Shown one piece after another: positions 38,678-48,293 of a stretch of 64,000 bases of DNA. How positions within the stretch are numbered: position 1 is the first letter of the stretch; every line of letters begins with the position of its first letter. The stretch spans positions 1 to 64,000 of the forward strand of contig JBJOKS010000007.1 in NCBI GenBank assembly GCA_046045965.1, in the 5' to 3' direction. The DNA is from Cyanobacteriota bacterium. GTDB lineage: Bacteria; Cyanobacteriota; Cyanobacteriia; Cyanobacteriales; Nostocaceae. The notes below the pieces were generated by a model. The model was not told the origin of the DNA. It was given only the letters and a program-made list of their open reading frames with translations, and did not search any database. A program made the position numbers and the translations under genes.

Positions 38678-41365
38678 ATGAGAATTTCAGAAAAAGGTAT
38701 GGCAGCAAATGAGCGGGACAAAATACGTCACCTATTGGTTGTCCAAGATCCAGAAGGACAAAGAACTATTCCCTTACTAGAAGCTACTTACTCTCTGGGA
38801 AGGGATACCAGAAACGCTATTGTTCTGCGTGCTAAGTCTGTATCCAGACAACACGCAATTTTGTTGCGTGTAACTATTCCTAACACTGAAAAATATGGCT
38901 TTCGCATTGTTGATGGTAACTTTCAGGGGAAAAGAAGTACCAACGGCTTATTTATTAATGGTAATAAATGTTTTTCTCATAACCTCCAGCATGGGGACAT
39001 AATTGCTTTTGGCAATCCCCAAGCTCAAGCTAAATACTATGCTATTTCCAACTTGTCAGAGGAAGCATTCGGAGAATCTTGTACAGCAGCGGACTTGTCT
39101 ACTTTTCTGTCCGAACAAGGAAATCCCGCTAATCCTTTTGATACTCTAATTATTGCTGATACCAACATTGAAGGAGCCAGTGACTCTCTTTTAACTCGTC
39201 TGGCTTCCTTTCCAGAACTTATACCCAATCCAATTATAGAAATGGATTTAGAGGGAAATGTTACTTATTTTAATCCAGCAGCAGCGCAGAAATTTCCCAG
39301 ACTGAGGGAAATGGGTAAGGAACACCCAATTTTGGCACAACTGCTCAATGCAGTTGAAAATCAACAGGGTAATTCTTTTGTGCGAGAGGTAGAAGTGAGC
39401 GGAGAGATGTTTGAACAATCCGTTCATTATTTACCAGAAAGTGATTTAATTAGAACGTTTATTGTTAGAGAAATTACTGAACAGAAGCAAGCTGAGGCAG
39501 AACTGAGGCAGCGCGATCGCTTGCTTGGGGCAGTTGCAGAAGCTGCCAATTATTTACTGGCAGAAATGGACTATGACATAGCAATAGAAAAAGCACTTGC
39601 TACCTTCGGGGCAGCGGCCAACGGCGATCGCGTCTACCTGTTCCAGAACCATCCCCATGAGATGACAGGGGAAATGGCAATGAGTCTACGGTTTGAATGG
39701 ACTAAATCTGGGATCAACTCATGCCAACACCACTGGCAAAATCAGACTTATAAAACTTCAGGGCTGGAACGTTGGTACAATATTCTCTCTACAGGCGTTC
39801 CTATTAGCGGACTCACCCAAGAATTTCCCACTAGAGAACAAGAACTTCTCAATCACGACTGCATTAAATCTATTCTACTTGTACCATTGCGCTTAGAAGA
39901 AGACTTTTGGGGCTACCTTGGTTTAGCAGATTGTACATTAGAGCGTCATTGGTCAACCCACGAAAAATCTAGCCTGTTAACAATTTCCGCTATTATCAGT
40001 GGCGCTCGTCAGCGTCACCAAGTAGAAGAAAGAATTCGCTATCAAGCTCTCCATGACTTACTAACTGGCTTGCCCAATCGTTTGCACTTTAATGGGCTAT
40101 TAGACAAAGCATTAGAAAAAGCAGTTGAGCAGCAAAGCGGTTTATCTGTAATGTTCTTGGATCTTGATCGTTTCAAAATGATCAATGATACTCTCGGACA
40201 TACACTAGGAGACGAATTATTACAAAGCGTAGCTCAAAGACTGAGAGATTCCTTGAGAATAGGAGATACCATTGCCCGTTGGGGAGGTGATGAATTTACC
40301 ATCCTGCTGCCGCAAATTACCAGTAATGAAGAAGCCGCCCAAGTAGCACCTAGAATTTTACAAGTCTTAGAACATCCCTTTCATCTTCACGGACATGAAC
40401 TTTATGTCAGTGCCAGCCTGGGTATTGCCCTATTCAATAAAGATAGTCCTAATGCGGAAACCCTGATCCAGCACGCGGATGCTGCTTTATATTACGCCAA
40501 AGATAAGGGTAGGAATAACTACCAGTTTTATACAATGTCTCTGAGTGCAAAAACGCCTGAACTCTTGAATTTAGAGAAGAGTCTACGCTATGCCCTAGAA
40601 CGGAAAGAGTTTCTCCTGTATTACCAGCCACGGGTTAATATTATCACAAGAGAAATTACAGGTATGGAAGCTCTGTTGCGCTGGCATCACCCGGAAATGG
40701 GAATAGTTGCCCCTAATGTCTTCATTCCTCTAGCTGAAGCCAGTGGGTTAATTATCCCTATAGGCGAATGGGTATTACGGGAAGCTTGTAATCAAAATAG
40801 AGCTTGGCAAGAAGCAGGCTTTCCTGCTATCACTATGGCGGTGAATCTTTCTCCCAAGCAGTTTCGTCAACCTAAGCTCATAGAAACAGTAGTTAAGATT
40901 TTAGAAGCTACAGGATTGGAGTCACAATATTTAGAGTTAGAAATTACAGAAACAACAGCTATTGAGGATCTGGACTTTACCAGAACTGTACTGAAAAAGT
41001 TGGAGCAAATGGGCTTACTCCTCTCCATTGATGACTTTGGTACAGGCTATTCTTCTCTTTCCCGTCTTCAGGTGTTACCATTCCACAATCTGAAAATTGA
41101 CCGGTCTTTTATCCAAGAATTGGCGATTGATGATAAAGTAGCTCATATCATCAAGGCTATAGTTGACTTAGGACGCAGTTTGGGGTTAAGACTGATTGCT
41201 GAAGGGGTAGAAAAGTCTGAACAACTAGATTTCTTGAGGTCAATTAATTGCGATGATGTGCAAGGATATCTGTTCTATAAACCTCTTTCTGCCCAACAAG
41301 CTACAGAACTAATTAAAGAAGGAGTCAGTAGTTCCAGGAGTCAGGAGTCAGGAGTTCAGGAATAG
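38678..41365 (+). CDS. FHA-PAS-GAF-GGDEF-EAL c-di-GMP signalling protein
   Basis: LGR/VSRQHA/STNG FHA motifs; [21 protein letters not shown]. Confidence 0.93.
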   Translation: MRISEKGMAANERDKIRHLLVVQDPEGQRTIPLLEATYSLGRDTRNAIVLRAKSVSRQHAILLRVTIPNTEKYGFRIVDGNFQGKRSTNGLFINGNKCFSHNLQHGDIIAFGNPQAQAKYYAISNLSEEAFGESCTAADLSTFLSEQGNPANPFDTLIIADTNIEGASDSLLTRLASFPELIPNPIIEMDLEGNVTYFNPAAAQKFPRLREMGKEHPILAQLLNAVENQQGNSFVREVEVSGEMFEQSVHYLPESDLIRTFIVREITEQKQAEAELRQRDRLLGAVAEAANYLLAEMDYDIAIEKALATFGAAANGDRVYLFQNHPHEMTGEMAMSLRFEWTKSGINSCQHHWQNQTYKTSGLERWYNILSTGVPISGLTQEFPTREQELLNHDCIKSILLVPLRLEEDFWGYLGLADCTLERHWSTHEKSSLLTISAIISGARQRHQVEERIRYQALHDLLTGLPNRLHFNGLLDKALEKAVEQQSGLSVMFLDLDRFKMINDTLGHTLGDELLQSVAQRLRDSLRIGDTIARWGGDEFTILLPQITSNEEAAQVAPRILQVLEHPFHLHGHELYVSASLGIALFNKDSPNAETLIQHADAALYYAKDKGRNNYQFYTMSLSAKTPELLNLEKSLRYALERKEFLLYYQPRVNIITREITGMEALLRWHHPEMGIVAPNVFIPLAEASGLIIPIGEWVLREACNQNRAWQEAGFPAITMAVNLSPKQFRQPKLIETVVKILEATGLESQYLELEITETTAIEDLDFTRTVLKKLEQMGLLLSIDDFGTGYSSLSRLQVLPFHNLKIDRSFIQELAIDDKVAHIIKAIVDLGRSLGLRLIAEGVEKSEQLDFLRSINCDDVQGYLFYKPLSAQQATELIKEGVSSSRSQESGVQE

Positions 41366-41426
41366 GCTATCAACTCTCAACTCTCAACTATCCATAAGCA
41401 ACAGATTTTAACTTTTGGAAATTCTT

Positions 41427-41600
41427 ATGAACCGTTCAAAAATAGTCGCTATTATTACAGGTGCAATTTCTATACTTTTAGCTATAGCTTATCTAATTGT
41501 TGTCCAAATCCTTGACTATCGGGATATGAAACCCGCCCCTATTAGCCAAATAAACTCATCAGCACTAGTTATAGCAGAATTCCGTAGTCAGGAATTATAG
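41427..41600 (+). CDS. Conserved small membrane protein
   Basis: MNRSKIVAIITGAISILLAIAYL.VVQ.LD.R.M.PAP; single TM. Confidence 0.7.
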   Translation: MNRSKIVAIITGAISILLAIAYLIVVQILDYRDMKPAPISQINSSALVIAEFRSQEL

Positions 41601-41690
41601 GAGTCAGAAGTCAGCAGTCAGAAATCTGGAGTTATTTGACGTTGACTTTTGACTTGATTTGTCCCCTATTCCCGATTCACTGCTTGAATC

Positions 41691-41746
41691 ATTGACTTAA
41701 ATCAATAGTTATTATTTGATAAACCAATCCATAGAAGTATAAGAAT
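41691..41746. promoter_or_regulatory. Candidate NdhR/CcmR (LysR-type) sites upstream of ndhF3
   Basis: ATTGA-N6-TCAAT palindrome and two imperfect ATAG-N8-nnAT sites (41705, 41731). Confidence 0.35.
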
Positions 41747-41934
41747 AAATTAGATAAAATATCGTGGATTTATCTAGTTAACTAATTCCCATTTGCTCAA
41801 TATAACGGTAAGCTATATCTAACAATATTAAGCAAAGATAAATTTGCGCTATTTTTCTTAGCTTAATATTATCAGGGATCAACGCTTGTTGATGCTCAAA
41901 CAATAATATTTTATGCAAATATAGAGGTAACTTC

Positions 41935-43794
41935 ATGTCTCAATACCTGCTAGAGACCGTTTGGCTGGTCCCTTGCTATGCTTTATTAGGTGGGGTTTTA
42001 GCTTTACCTTGGTCGCCGGGAATAATTAGGAAAACTGGACCTAGACCAGCAGGTTATGTCAACTTAGTAATGACATTTTTGGCATTTTTACATTCTGTCA
42101 TTGCTTTTGGGGCAACTTGGAATCATCCTGCCAAAGAAGTATTAATTCCTTGGTTATCCACCGCAGGTTTAAACCTGACCATTAATTTAGAACTTTCTCC
42201 AATTAGTGTGGGGGCATTAATTGTTATTACAGGCTTAAATTTCCTTGCCCAAATTTATGCTGTGGGTTACATGGAAATGGACTGGGGTTGGGGACGTTTC
42301 TATTCTTTATTAGGATTATTTGAAGCTGGTTTATGTGCCTTAGCTTTATGTAATAACCTGTTCTTCAGTTATGTCATTCTAGAAATTCTGACTTTAGGAA
42401 CTTACCTATTAGTCGGTTTATGGTTTAGTCAACCTTTGGTTGTTACAGGTGCGCGAGATGCGTTTCTCACCAAACGGGTAGGTGACTTATTCCTATTAAT
42501 GGGAGTTTTAGGACTATGGACTTTAGCAGGAACTTGGGATTATAAAGATTTAGCAATATGGGCGCAAACTGCCAACGTAGACCCCACAATTATTAATTTG
42601 GTTTGTTTGGCTTTAATTGCTGGTCCAATGGGTAAATGCGCTCAGTTTCCCTTGCATCTGTGGTTAGATGAAGCAATGGAAGGACCTGTTCCCAGTACCA
42701 TTTTGCGTAACTCAGTGGTAGTTGCGACTGGTGCATGGGTGCTGATTAAATTACAACCTGTATTTAGCTTATCTCCCATAGCTTCCTCCGCAATGGTAGC
42801 TATTGGTGCGGTGACAGCTATTGGTGGTTCATTAATTGCGATCGCTCAAATTGACATCAAACGCTGTTTATCTTATTCTGTCAGTGCTTACATGGGCTTA
42901 GTGTTTATTGCCGTAGGCACACAACAGGATGAAGCTGCATTATTATTAGTCCTCACTCATGCTTTAGCAGCCGCACTTTTAGTCATGAGTACCGGAGGAA
43001 TAGTTTGGAATAGCGTCACCCAAGACGTTACCCAACTCGGTGGTTTATGGTCACGTCGTCCCATTTCCGGTTTAGCATTTATTGTGGGAACATTGGGGTT
43101 AATTGGTTTTCCACCTTTAGGCAGTTTTTGGGCATTAGTAAAATTAGCTGATGGTTTATGGGGAACACACCCTTGGTTAGTAGGAATAATTATTGCCGTC
43201 AACGCGTTAACCGCCTTTAGCTTAACCAGAGAATTTAGTTTAATCTTTGGTGGTAAACCTAAACAAATGAGTGAACGTTCACCTGAAGCTATTTGGTTGA
43301 TGGTTTTACCAATGATGGTTTTATTCGGCTTTGTTTTACATCTGCCTTTAGTGTTGCAAAGTTTATCTTTACTACCCAGTTGGGCAACATTAAATAAAGA
43401 TGTGGCACTGCTGTTAATTTGGTCAAGTATTTTCGGTTGTAGTATTAGTGCAGTCATTTATTTAGGCAATATTCCTAAACCAATTCGCTTACCCTGGCAA
43501 GGTTTACAAAACTTACTTGCTTACGATTTTTACACCCCTAAACTTTACAAAGTTACCATCATTTTTGGTGTTGCCCAACTTTCCAAATTAGCTGATATGG
43601 TTGACAGATTTGTAGTTGATGGCATTGTCAATTTTGTCGGGTTATTCTCGCTTTTAGGTGGTGAAGGTTTGAAATACAGCACCAATGGACAAACCCAATT
43701 TTACGCCTTCACAATTTTATTAGGAGTCGGTATTTTAGGAGCTTGGATGACCTGGCCTTTTTGGGGTATACAGTTTTTAGATTTAGTCTTTTAA
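41935..43794 (+). CDS. ndhF3: NDH-1 subunit F3 (CO2 uptake)
   Basis: GKCAQFPLHLWLDEAMEGP; operon with ndhD3 and cupA. Confidence 0.93.
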   Translation: MSQYLLETVWLVPCYALLGGVLALPWSPGIIRKTGPRPAGYVNLVMTFLAFLHSVIAFGATWNHPAKEVLIPWLSTAGLNLTINLELSPISVGALIVITGLNFLAQIYAVGYMEMDWGWGRFYSLLGLFEAGLCALALCNNLFFSYVILEILTLGTYLLVGLWFSQPLVVTGARDAFLTKRVGDLFLLMGVLGLWTLAGTWDYKDLAIWAQTANVDPTIINLVCLALIAGPMGKCAQFPLHLWLDEAMEGPVPSTILRNSVVVATGAWVLIKLQPVFSLSPIASSAMVAIGAVTAIGGSLIAIAQIDIKRCLSYSVSAYMGLVFIAVGTQQDEAALLLVLTHALAAALLVMSTGGIVWNSVTQDVTQLGGLWSRRPISGLAFIVGTLGLIGFPPLGSFWALVKLADGLWGTHPWLVGIIIAVNALTAFSLTREFSLIFGGKPKQMSERSPEAIWLMVLPMMVLFGFVLHLPLVLQSLSLLPSWATLNKDVALLLIWSSIFGCSISAVIYLGNIPKPIRLPWQGLQNLLAYDFYTPKLYKVTIIFGVAQLSKLADMVDRFVVDGIVNFVGLFSLLGGEGLKYSTNGQTQFYAFTILLGVGILGAWMTWPFWGIQFLDLVF

Positions 43795-43995
43795 ATTCAT
43801 CCGATTTAGATGATAATTAACCACCATGTAAAATCAATAATTACAGCACAGCCTTCAAAAATCTTGCACCTACTTTCCTATGTCTTAGCCTCAAACCTTT
43901 GATTTATATGGGTTTTACATTTATTCAGCAACCCCTAATTAGTTCCCTAAATGGGTAAAAGGCAAGATAAACCAACCAATTACCAATTACCAATT

Positions 43996-45498
43996 ATGTT
44001 GAGTGTTTTAATTTGGTTGCCAATTATTGGCGCTGCAATTCTCGGATTTTTACCAGATACAGTAATTCCCAAAACTAGAATTAGACTGGTATCTTTAACT
44101 ATCTCATTCGTTACCTTATTGTGGAATCTTTTCATTCTCCTAAAATTTGATCTGAATAGTCCAGGGATGCAGTTTCAAGAATATCTACCTTGGAACGAAA
44201 CCCTTGGTTTAAGCTATCAATTAGGGGTTGATGGGTTGTCTATTTTAATGTTGCTATTAAATAGCCTGTTAACTTGGATAGCAATTTATAGCAGTAGTCA
44301 GAATACCGAACGCCCTAAACTTTTCTATTCACTGATTTTATTAGTTAGCGGCGGTGTTGCTGGTGCTTTTTTGGCTGAAAACTTACTTTTGTTTTTCTTA
44401 TTTTACGAGCTTGAATTAATTCCCTTTTATTTATTAATTTCCATTTGGGGAGGAGAAAAACGCGCCTATGCTGGGATGAAATTTCTGATTTATACCGCAG
44501 TTTCAGGGGCATTAATTCTGGCTACATTCTTGGGCATGGTATGGTTAAGTGGTTCTCATAGTTTTGCCATAGACGCAGTTAATACCCAAAATATTTCCGC
44601 AGGAATGCAACTGTTATTATTAGCAGGAATAATATTAGGTTTTGGCATCAAAATTCCCTTAATTCCTTTTCACACCTGGCTACCTGATGCTTACGTTGAA
44701 GCTTCTGCACCCATCGCTATTTTATTAGGTGGAATTTTAGCTAAGTTAGGAACTTATGGACTGTTGCGTTTTGGGTTTGGTTTATTTCCTCAAGCATGGA
44801 GTATAGTAGCACCAACCTTAGCAATATGGGGCGCTGTGAGTGCAATTTATGGGGCGGTAATTGCGATCGCTCAAAAAGACATCAAACGCATGGTAGCATA
44901 TAGTTCTATCGGTCACATGGGCTATATTTTACTAGCAGCAGCTTCTAGTACCAACCTGGCCTTAGTTGGTGCAGTCGCGCAAATGTTTAGTCATGGTTTA
45001 ATTCTTGCTATTCTCTTCCATTTAGTGGGAATTATAGAAGTTAAAGTAGGAACAAGAGAACTCGATAAACTCAATGGTTTAATGAGTCCTATTCGCGGTT
45101 TACCTATCGTTAGTGCTTTACTCGTTTTAGGTGGTATGGCCAGCGCCGGTATTCCTGGTTTAACAGGTTTTATTGCGGAATTTATCGTTTTCCAAGGTAG
45201 TTTTTCCACCTTCCCCATCCCCACATTATTGTGTGTAGCTTCTTCTGGTTTAACTGCTGTTTATTTCGTTATTCTTCTCAACCGCACCTGTTTTGGTAGA
45301 CTCAATAACGACTTAGCTTATTATCCCAGAGTAGTTTGGGCGGAAAAAATTCCCGCATTAATATTAGCTTCCCTCATTCTTTTCTTAGGAGTACAACCCA
45401 CCTGGTTAGTGCGTTGGAGTGAAACCACAACCAACGCAATGGTAGCTACTATTCCTACTCCTGAAAAAACCGTAATTTCTCAAGTGGCATTGAAGTAA
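43996..45498 (+). CDS. ndhD3: NDH-1 subunit D3
   Basis: HTWLPDAYVEAS, AYSSIGHMG; start MLSVLIW at 43996. Confidence 0.92.
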   Translation: MLSVLIWLPIIGAAILGFLPDTVIPKTRIRLVSLTISFVTLLWNLFILLKFDLNSPGMQFQEYLPWNETLGLSYQLGVDGLSILMLLLNSLLTWIAIYSSSQNTERPKLFYSLILLVSGGVAGAFLAENLLLFFLFYELELIPFYLLISIWGGEKRAYAGMKFLIYTAVSGALILATFLGMVWLSGSHSFAIDAVNTQNISAGMQLLLLAGIILGFGIKIPLIPFHTWLPDAYVEASAPIAILLGGILAKLGTYGLLRFGFGLFPQAWSIVAPTLAIWGAVSAIYGAVIAIAQKDIKRMVAYSSIGHMGYILLAAASSTNLALVGAVAQMFSHGLILAILFHLVGIIEVKVGTRELDKLNGLMSPIRGLPIVSALLVLGGMASAGIPGLTGFIAEFIVFQGSFSTFPIPTLLCVASSGLTAVYFVILLNRTCFGRLNNDLAYYPRVVWAEKIPALILASLILFLGVQPTWLVRWSETTTNAMVATIPTPEKTVISQVALK

Positions 45499-45535
45499 TG
45501 GAAGAAGGAGTTAAGAATACAGAAGTTGCAGGAGT

Positions 45536-45566
45536 ATGGCTTACGGCACGCTGCGCGAACGCTATC
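45536..45566. repeat. SDR-like small repeat (extended variant)
   Basis: Reverse complement GATAGCG-TTCGCG-CAGCGTGCCGTAAGCCAT versus the 9241 copy. Confidence 0.55.
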
Positions 45567-45654
45567 AGAATCAAAAATCTCTAAATTTCAGCAACTAATT
45601 CATTCTGTTAACTCCTTTTTTACTCCCTTCCCAATATAAGAATACCAATTGAAT

Positions 45655-45781
45655 GAACCACGAAGGCACGAAGAACACGAAGGAAGAGAAGAATAAGAAG
45701 AAGAAGAAAAGGAAGAAGATAGATAATCTAGTACATTTATTAACCTCTTAAATCTCTCTGCGTCTCTGCGTCTCTGCGTGA
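45655..45781. repeat. Oppositely oriented triple repeats with purine tract in the ndhD3-cupA spacer
   Basis: GAACCACGAAGGCACGAAGAACACGAAGG plus GAA-rich tract, then (CTCTGCGT)x3GA. Confidence 0.75.
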
Positions 45782-45807
45782 TAAAATCATAAATATAGGA
45801 AACCAAA

Positions 45808-47130
45808 ATGGTACAAACTCCCGATAAACCAATCACCAAACTACCACCTTCAACCCACGAATTTGCCGATATTATTCATCGTTTAGAAGCTGGTGGTTCA
45901 ATGCTGCCAGATACACCAGAAAATTTAATGCAAATCATCGGTATTTATAAAGCTTACGCAGTACCGATGGATTTTTACTGGCGCGATTTATTGTACATTG
46001 GTGAAAGAGTTTTTTTAAATCCTCTTCCTGCTTTTAAATACTTCTTACCTCAAGAATATTTAGACTTACATAATCATTATGCTGGTGATGATGCTGATTT
46101 AAGAATTTGGCGCGGTGAAGCTACAGCACATCCTGAACTTTTGGCATTTATGGAAAAAGGCGAAACTCGCAAAATGCCAAAGTTATTACATCATTTATTC
46201 CATGACAGAATTAACATGGAATTTGCGGAAGCTTGTATGCAAGCTATGTTATGGCATCGCAAAATGTACGCCCCAGTAAATCAATTTGATGCCTATTTAG
46301 ATTCAGACGAATATAGAGCTAATGCTGATAAAGCAATTAAGGCTTACTTTAAGAAAAATCCCTTAATGTTGGGACTTTATAAACTGTTCCCTGATATGTT
46401 TTTGGAACAGTGTCGGATGATGTCTTATTATGCCAACTTAGGACTTTTCTGGGAAGTGATGGCACCGGTATTTTTTGAAATGTCGGATATTTACGATGAG
46501 GGCGGTTTTAAAGGTGTACCAGATGCTATGAATTTCTTAATTAATGGTATCTTTGCGATTGCCGGTCGTCCCATTTATCATCATGTTTATGTTGATGGTG
46601 AATGTTATGAAGTCATTCCCAAATCTAAAGGTTTTACTTGGTTATATGAAGCAGCTTTACCCTATGTAGAAGCTGTATTTTACCGGACTGCACCATTTAG
46701 AGGTACAAAGTCTTATAATGCCCAAGCAGGACAAGTTCCAGAAGATCAAAAAGACTTCCATTATGGTATTCTTTATGCTGATGTATTCCCTGTAGGAACT
46801 GCGGGTATTCCACCAACATTATTAATGCAGGATATGTTGCATTTTCTCCCCCAATATTTAGTTGATTCTTATAAACAACATTGTCGGGGTGAAGATGATA
46901 TGTTGATTCAGTTGGGTGTGACTTTCCAACGTTCAATGTATAATGTAACTTCTGCGGTAATTCAAGCTTTAAGAACTGCGTTGTTATATCCTTTAGATGA
47001 TCCCAATCCTAAGCATTTACAGGCAAATCGGGAATTTTTTGAAATGCAGTTGAATCGCTTTACTCGTGCTGATTATGGTATGAGAGATGCGGCGAAATTG
47101 CGGAGTATTCAAAGTCAGGATTATAGATGA
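45808..47130 (+). CDS. cupA: CO2 hydration protein CupA (ChpY)
   Basis: LPPS.HEFA..IHRLEAGGSMLPDTPENL; 440 aa, longer than CupB. Confidence 0.93.
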   Translation: MVQTPDKPITKLPPSTHEFADIIHRLEAGGSMLPDTPENLMQIIGIYKAYAVPMDFYWRDLLYIGERVFLNPLPAFKYFLPQEYLDLHNHYAGDDADLRIWRGEATAHPELLAFMEKGETRKMPKLLHHLFHDRINMEFAEACMQAMLWHRKMYAPVNQFDAYLDSDEYRANADKAIKAYFKKNPLMLGLYKLFPDMFLEQCRMMSYYANLGLFWEVMAPVFFEMSDIYDEGGFKGVPDAMNFLINGIFAIAGRPIYHHVYVDGECYEVIPKSKGFTWLYEAALPYVEAVFYRTAPFRGTKSYNAQAGQVPEDQKDFHYGILYADVFPVGTAGIPPTLLMQDMLHFLPQYLVDSYKQHCRGEDDMLIQLGVTFQRSMYNVTSAVIQALRTALLYPLDDPNPKHLQANREFFEMQLNRFTRADYGMRDAAKLRSIQSQDYR

Positions 47131-47158
47131 TCCCCCCAACCCCCTTAAAAAGGGGGCT
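47129..47158 (+). repeat. GATCCCCCC-type REP-like palindrome, copy 1
   Basis: GATCCCCCCAACCCCCTTAAAAAGGGGGCT. Confidence 0.85.
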
Positions 47159-47283
47159 TTTTTATGAATAACTACCATTACCAGTAATTTAAAATGTTTT
47201 GCTGCCAGTATATTTACTATATACGTAAAGTGTATTAGGGTTATAGAATTTAGTTAATATCCACTTATATCTAGTTACGAAAA

Positions 47284-47589
47284 ATGCTGTCAAATTTTAA
47301 AAAGGCTGCTGAAAGTATAGTTCAAGCAGGAGGTAATTTAGCAGATAGCGAAGATGCAAAAGCTATAGGTGCTATAGGTGCTGCTTCATCTGCTGCTGCT
47401 GGGTTAGGTTCAATCACAGTAGCTACAGTTACAGCTTCTGCACCAGGAATATTGGGTGTTATAGGATTGACTACTACAAGTGTTGTTGCTCTTCCTGCTG
47501 CTGGTATTGTAGCTGCTGCTGGTTTGGCTGGTTATGGAATTTATAAGGGTGTACAGCTGGCACAAGGTAATAAAGGTTCAGCAAAATAA
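47284..47589 (+). CDS. Ala/Gly-rich hydrophobic small protein
   Basis: 101 aa with GxxxG-like hydrophobic segments. Confidence 0.65.
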   Translation: MLSNFKKAAESIVQAGGNLADSEDAKAIGAIGAASSAAAGLGSITVATVTASAPGILGVIGLTTTSVVALPAAGIVAAAGLAGYGIYKGVQLAQGNKGSAK

Positions 47590-47614
47590 TCATATTCATT
47601 TCCTCTTCTCTTGT

Positions 47615-47646
47615 TCCCACCTTTTTAAGGGGGGTTAGGGGGGATC
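47615..47646 (-). repeat. REP-like palindrome, copy 2 (inverted)
   Basis: TCCCACCTTTTTAAGGGGGGTTAGGGGGGATC. Confidence 0.85.
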
Positions 47647-47666
47647 ATCACGAATGTATAAAAACC

Positions 47667-48044
47667 ATGCCTAGACAAAAAAACTTACTTGAATCAGATT
47701 TTCACTTACCCTACAACCAAAAACTTGTAGAAAGGGCAAAGGAACTGAGAAAAAACATGACACCCGCAGAGAAAAAGCTGTGGAATGAATACTTGAAAAA
47801 CTTTAAATTTCGCGTTTTTAGACAAAGACCTATTGATAATTTTATTGTTGACTTTTATTGTCCAAGTTTGAAATTAGTGATTGAGGTAGATGGTGATAGT
47901 CATTTTACACCTGAAGGTCAAGAGTATGATTTAGAAAGAACAAATATCTTGCAAGGATATGGTTTAAGAATAGTGAGATTTACTAATAATGAAGTGTTAA
48001 ATAATTTTGAAAGCGTGTGTCAAATAATAGAAAGATCCCCCTAA
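47667..48044 (+). CDS. DUF559 (Vsr-like) endonuclease domain protein
   Basis: RAKELRKNMTPAEKKLW, RQRPI..FIVDFYC, LVIEVDGDSH, RFTN. Confidence 0.92.
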   Translation: MPRQKNLLESDFHLPYNQKLVERAKELRKNMTPAEKKLWNEYLKNFKFRVFRQRPIDNFIVDFYCPSLKLVIEVDGDSHFTPEGQEYDLERTNILQGYGLRIVRFTNNEVLNNFESVCQIIERSP

Positions 48045-48192
48045 ATCCCCCTTAAAAAGGGGGACTTTGAAGAATAAGATACCCCATTATTACCCTTTAG
48101 ATAAGGGTGAATTTGAAAAATTTAGCCGACCTTTTTAGGAGGACTTTGTGAATAATTCTTAGCCCCCCTTTTTAAGGGGGGTTGGGGGGATC
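48034..48192. repeat. Inverted REP doublet (copies 3 and 4) with degenerate internal hairpins
   Basis: GATCCCCCTAAATCCCCCTTAAAAAGGGGGACT at 48034; AGCCCCCCTTTTTAAGGGGGGTTGGGGGGATC ending at 48192. Confidence 0.85.
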
Positions 48193-48293
48193 TAAAACAA
48201 AATTGAGATTGTCAGTTGCACTACAAAACTCTATTCAACAGTGGGTTAGGGTGGACTTGATGCAATTAAAAAACCTCAATTTGGTGTAACCCT

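Noticed and set aside
45600..45839. 79-aa Ser-rich minus-strand ORF
   Set aside because: Translation of the purine tract and triple repeats.
41935..47130. Alternative call ndhF4-ndhD4-cupB
   Set aside because: The length and N-terminus of the Cup protein and the F-D-cup order fit the F3/D3/CupA system.
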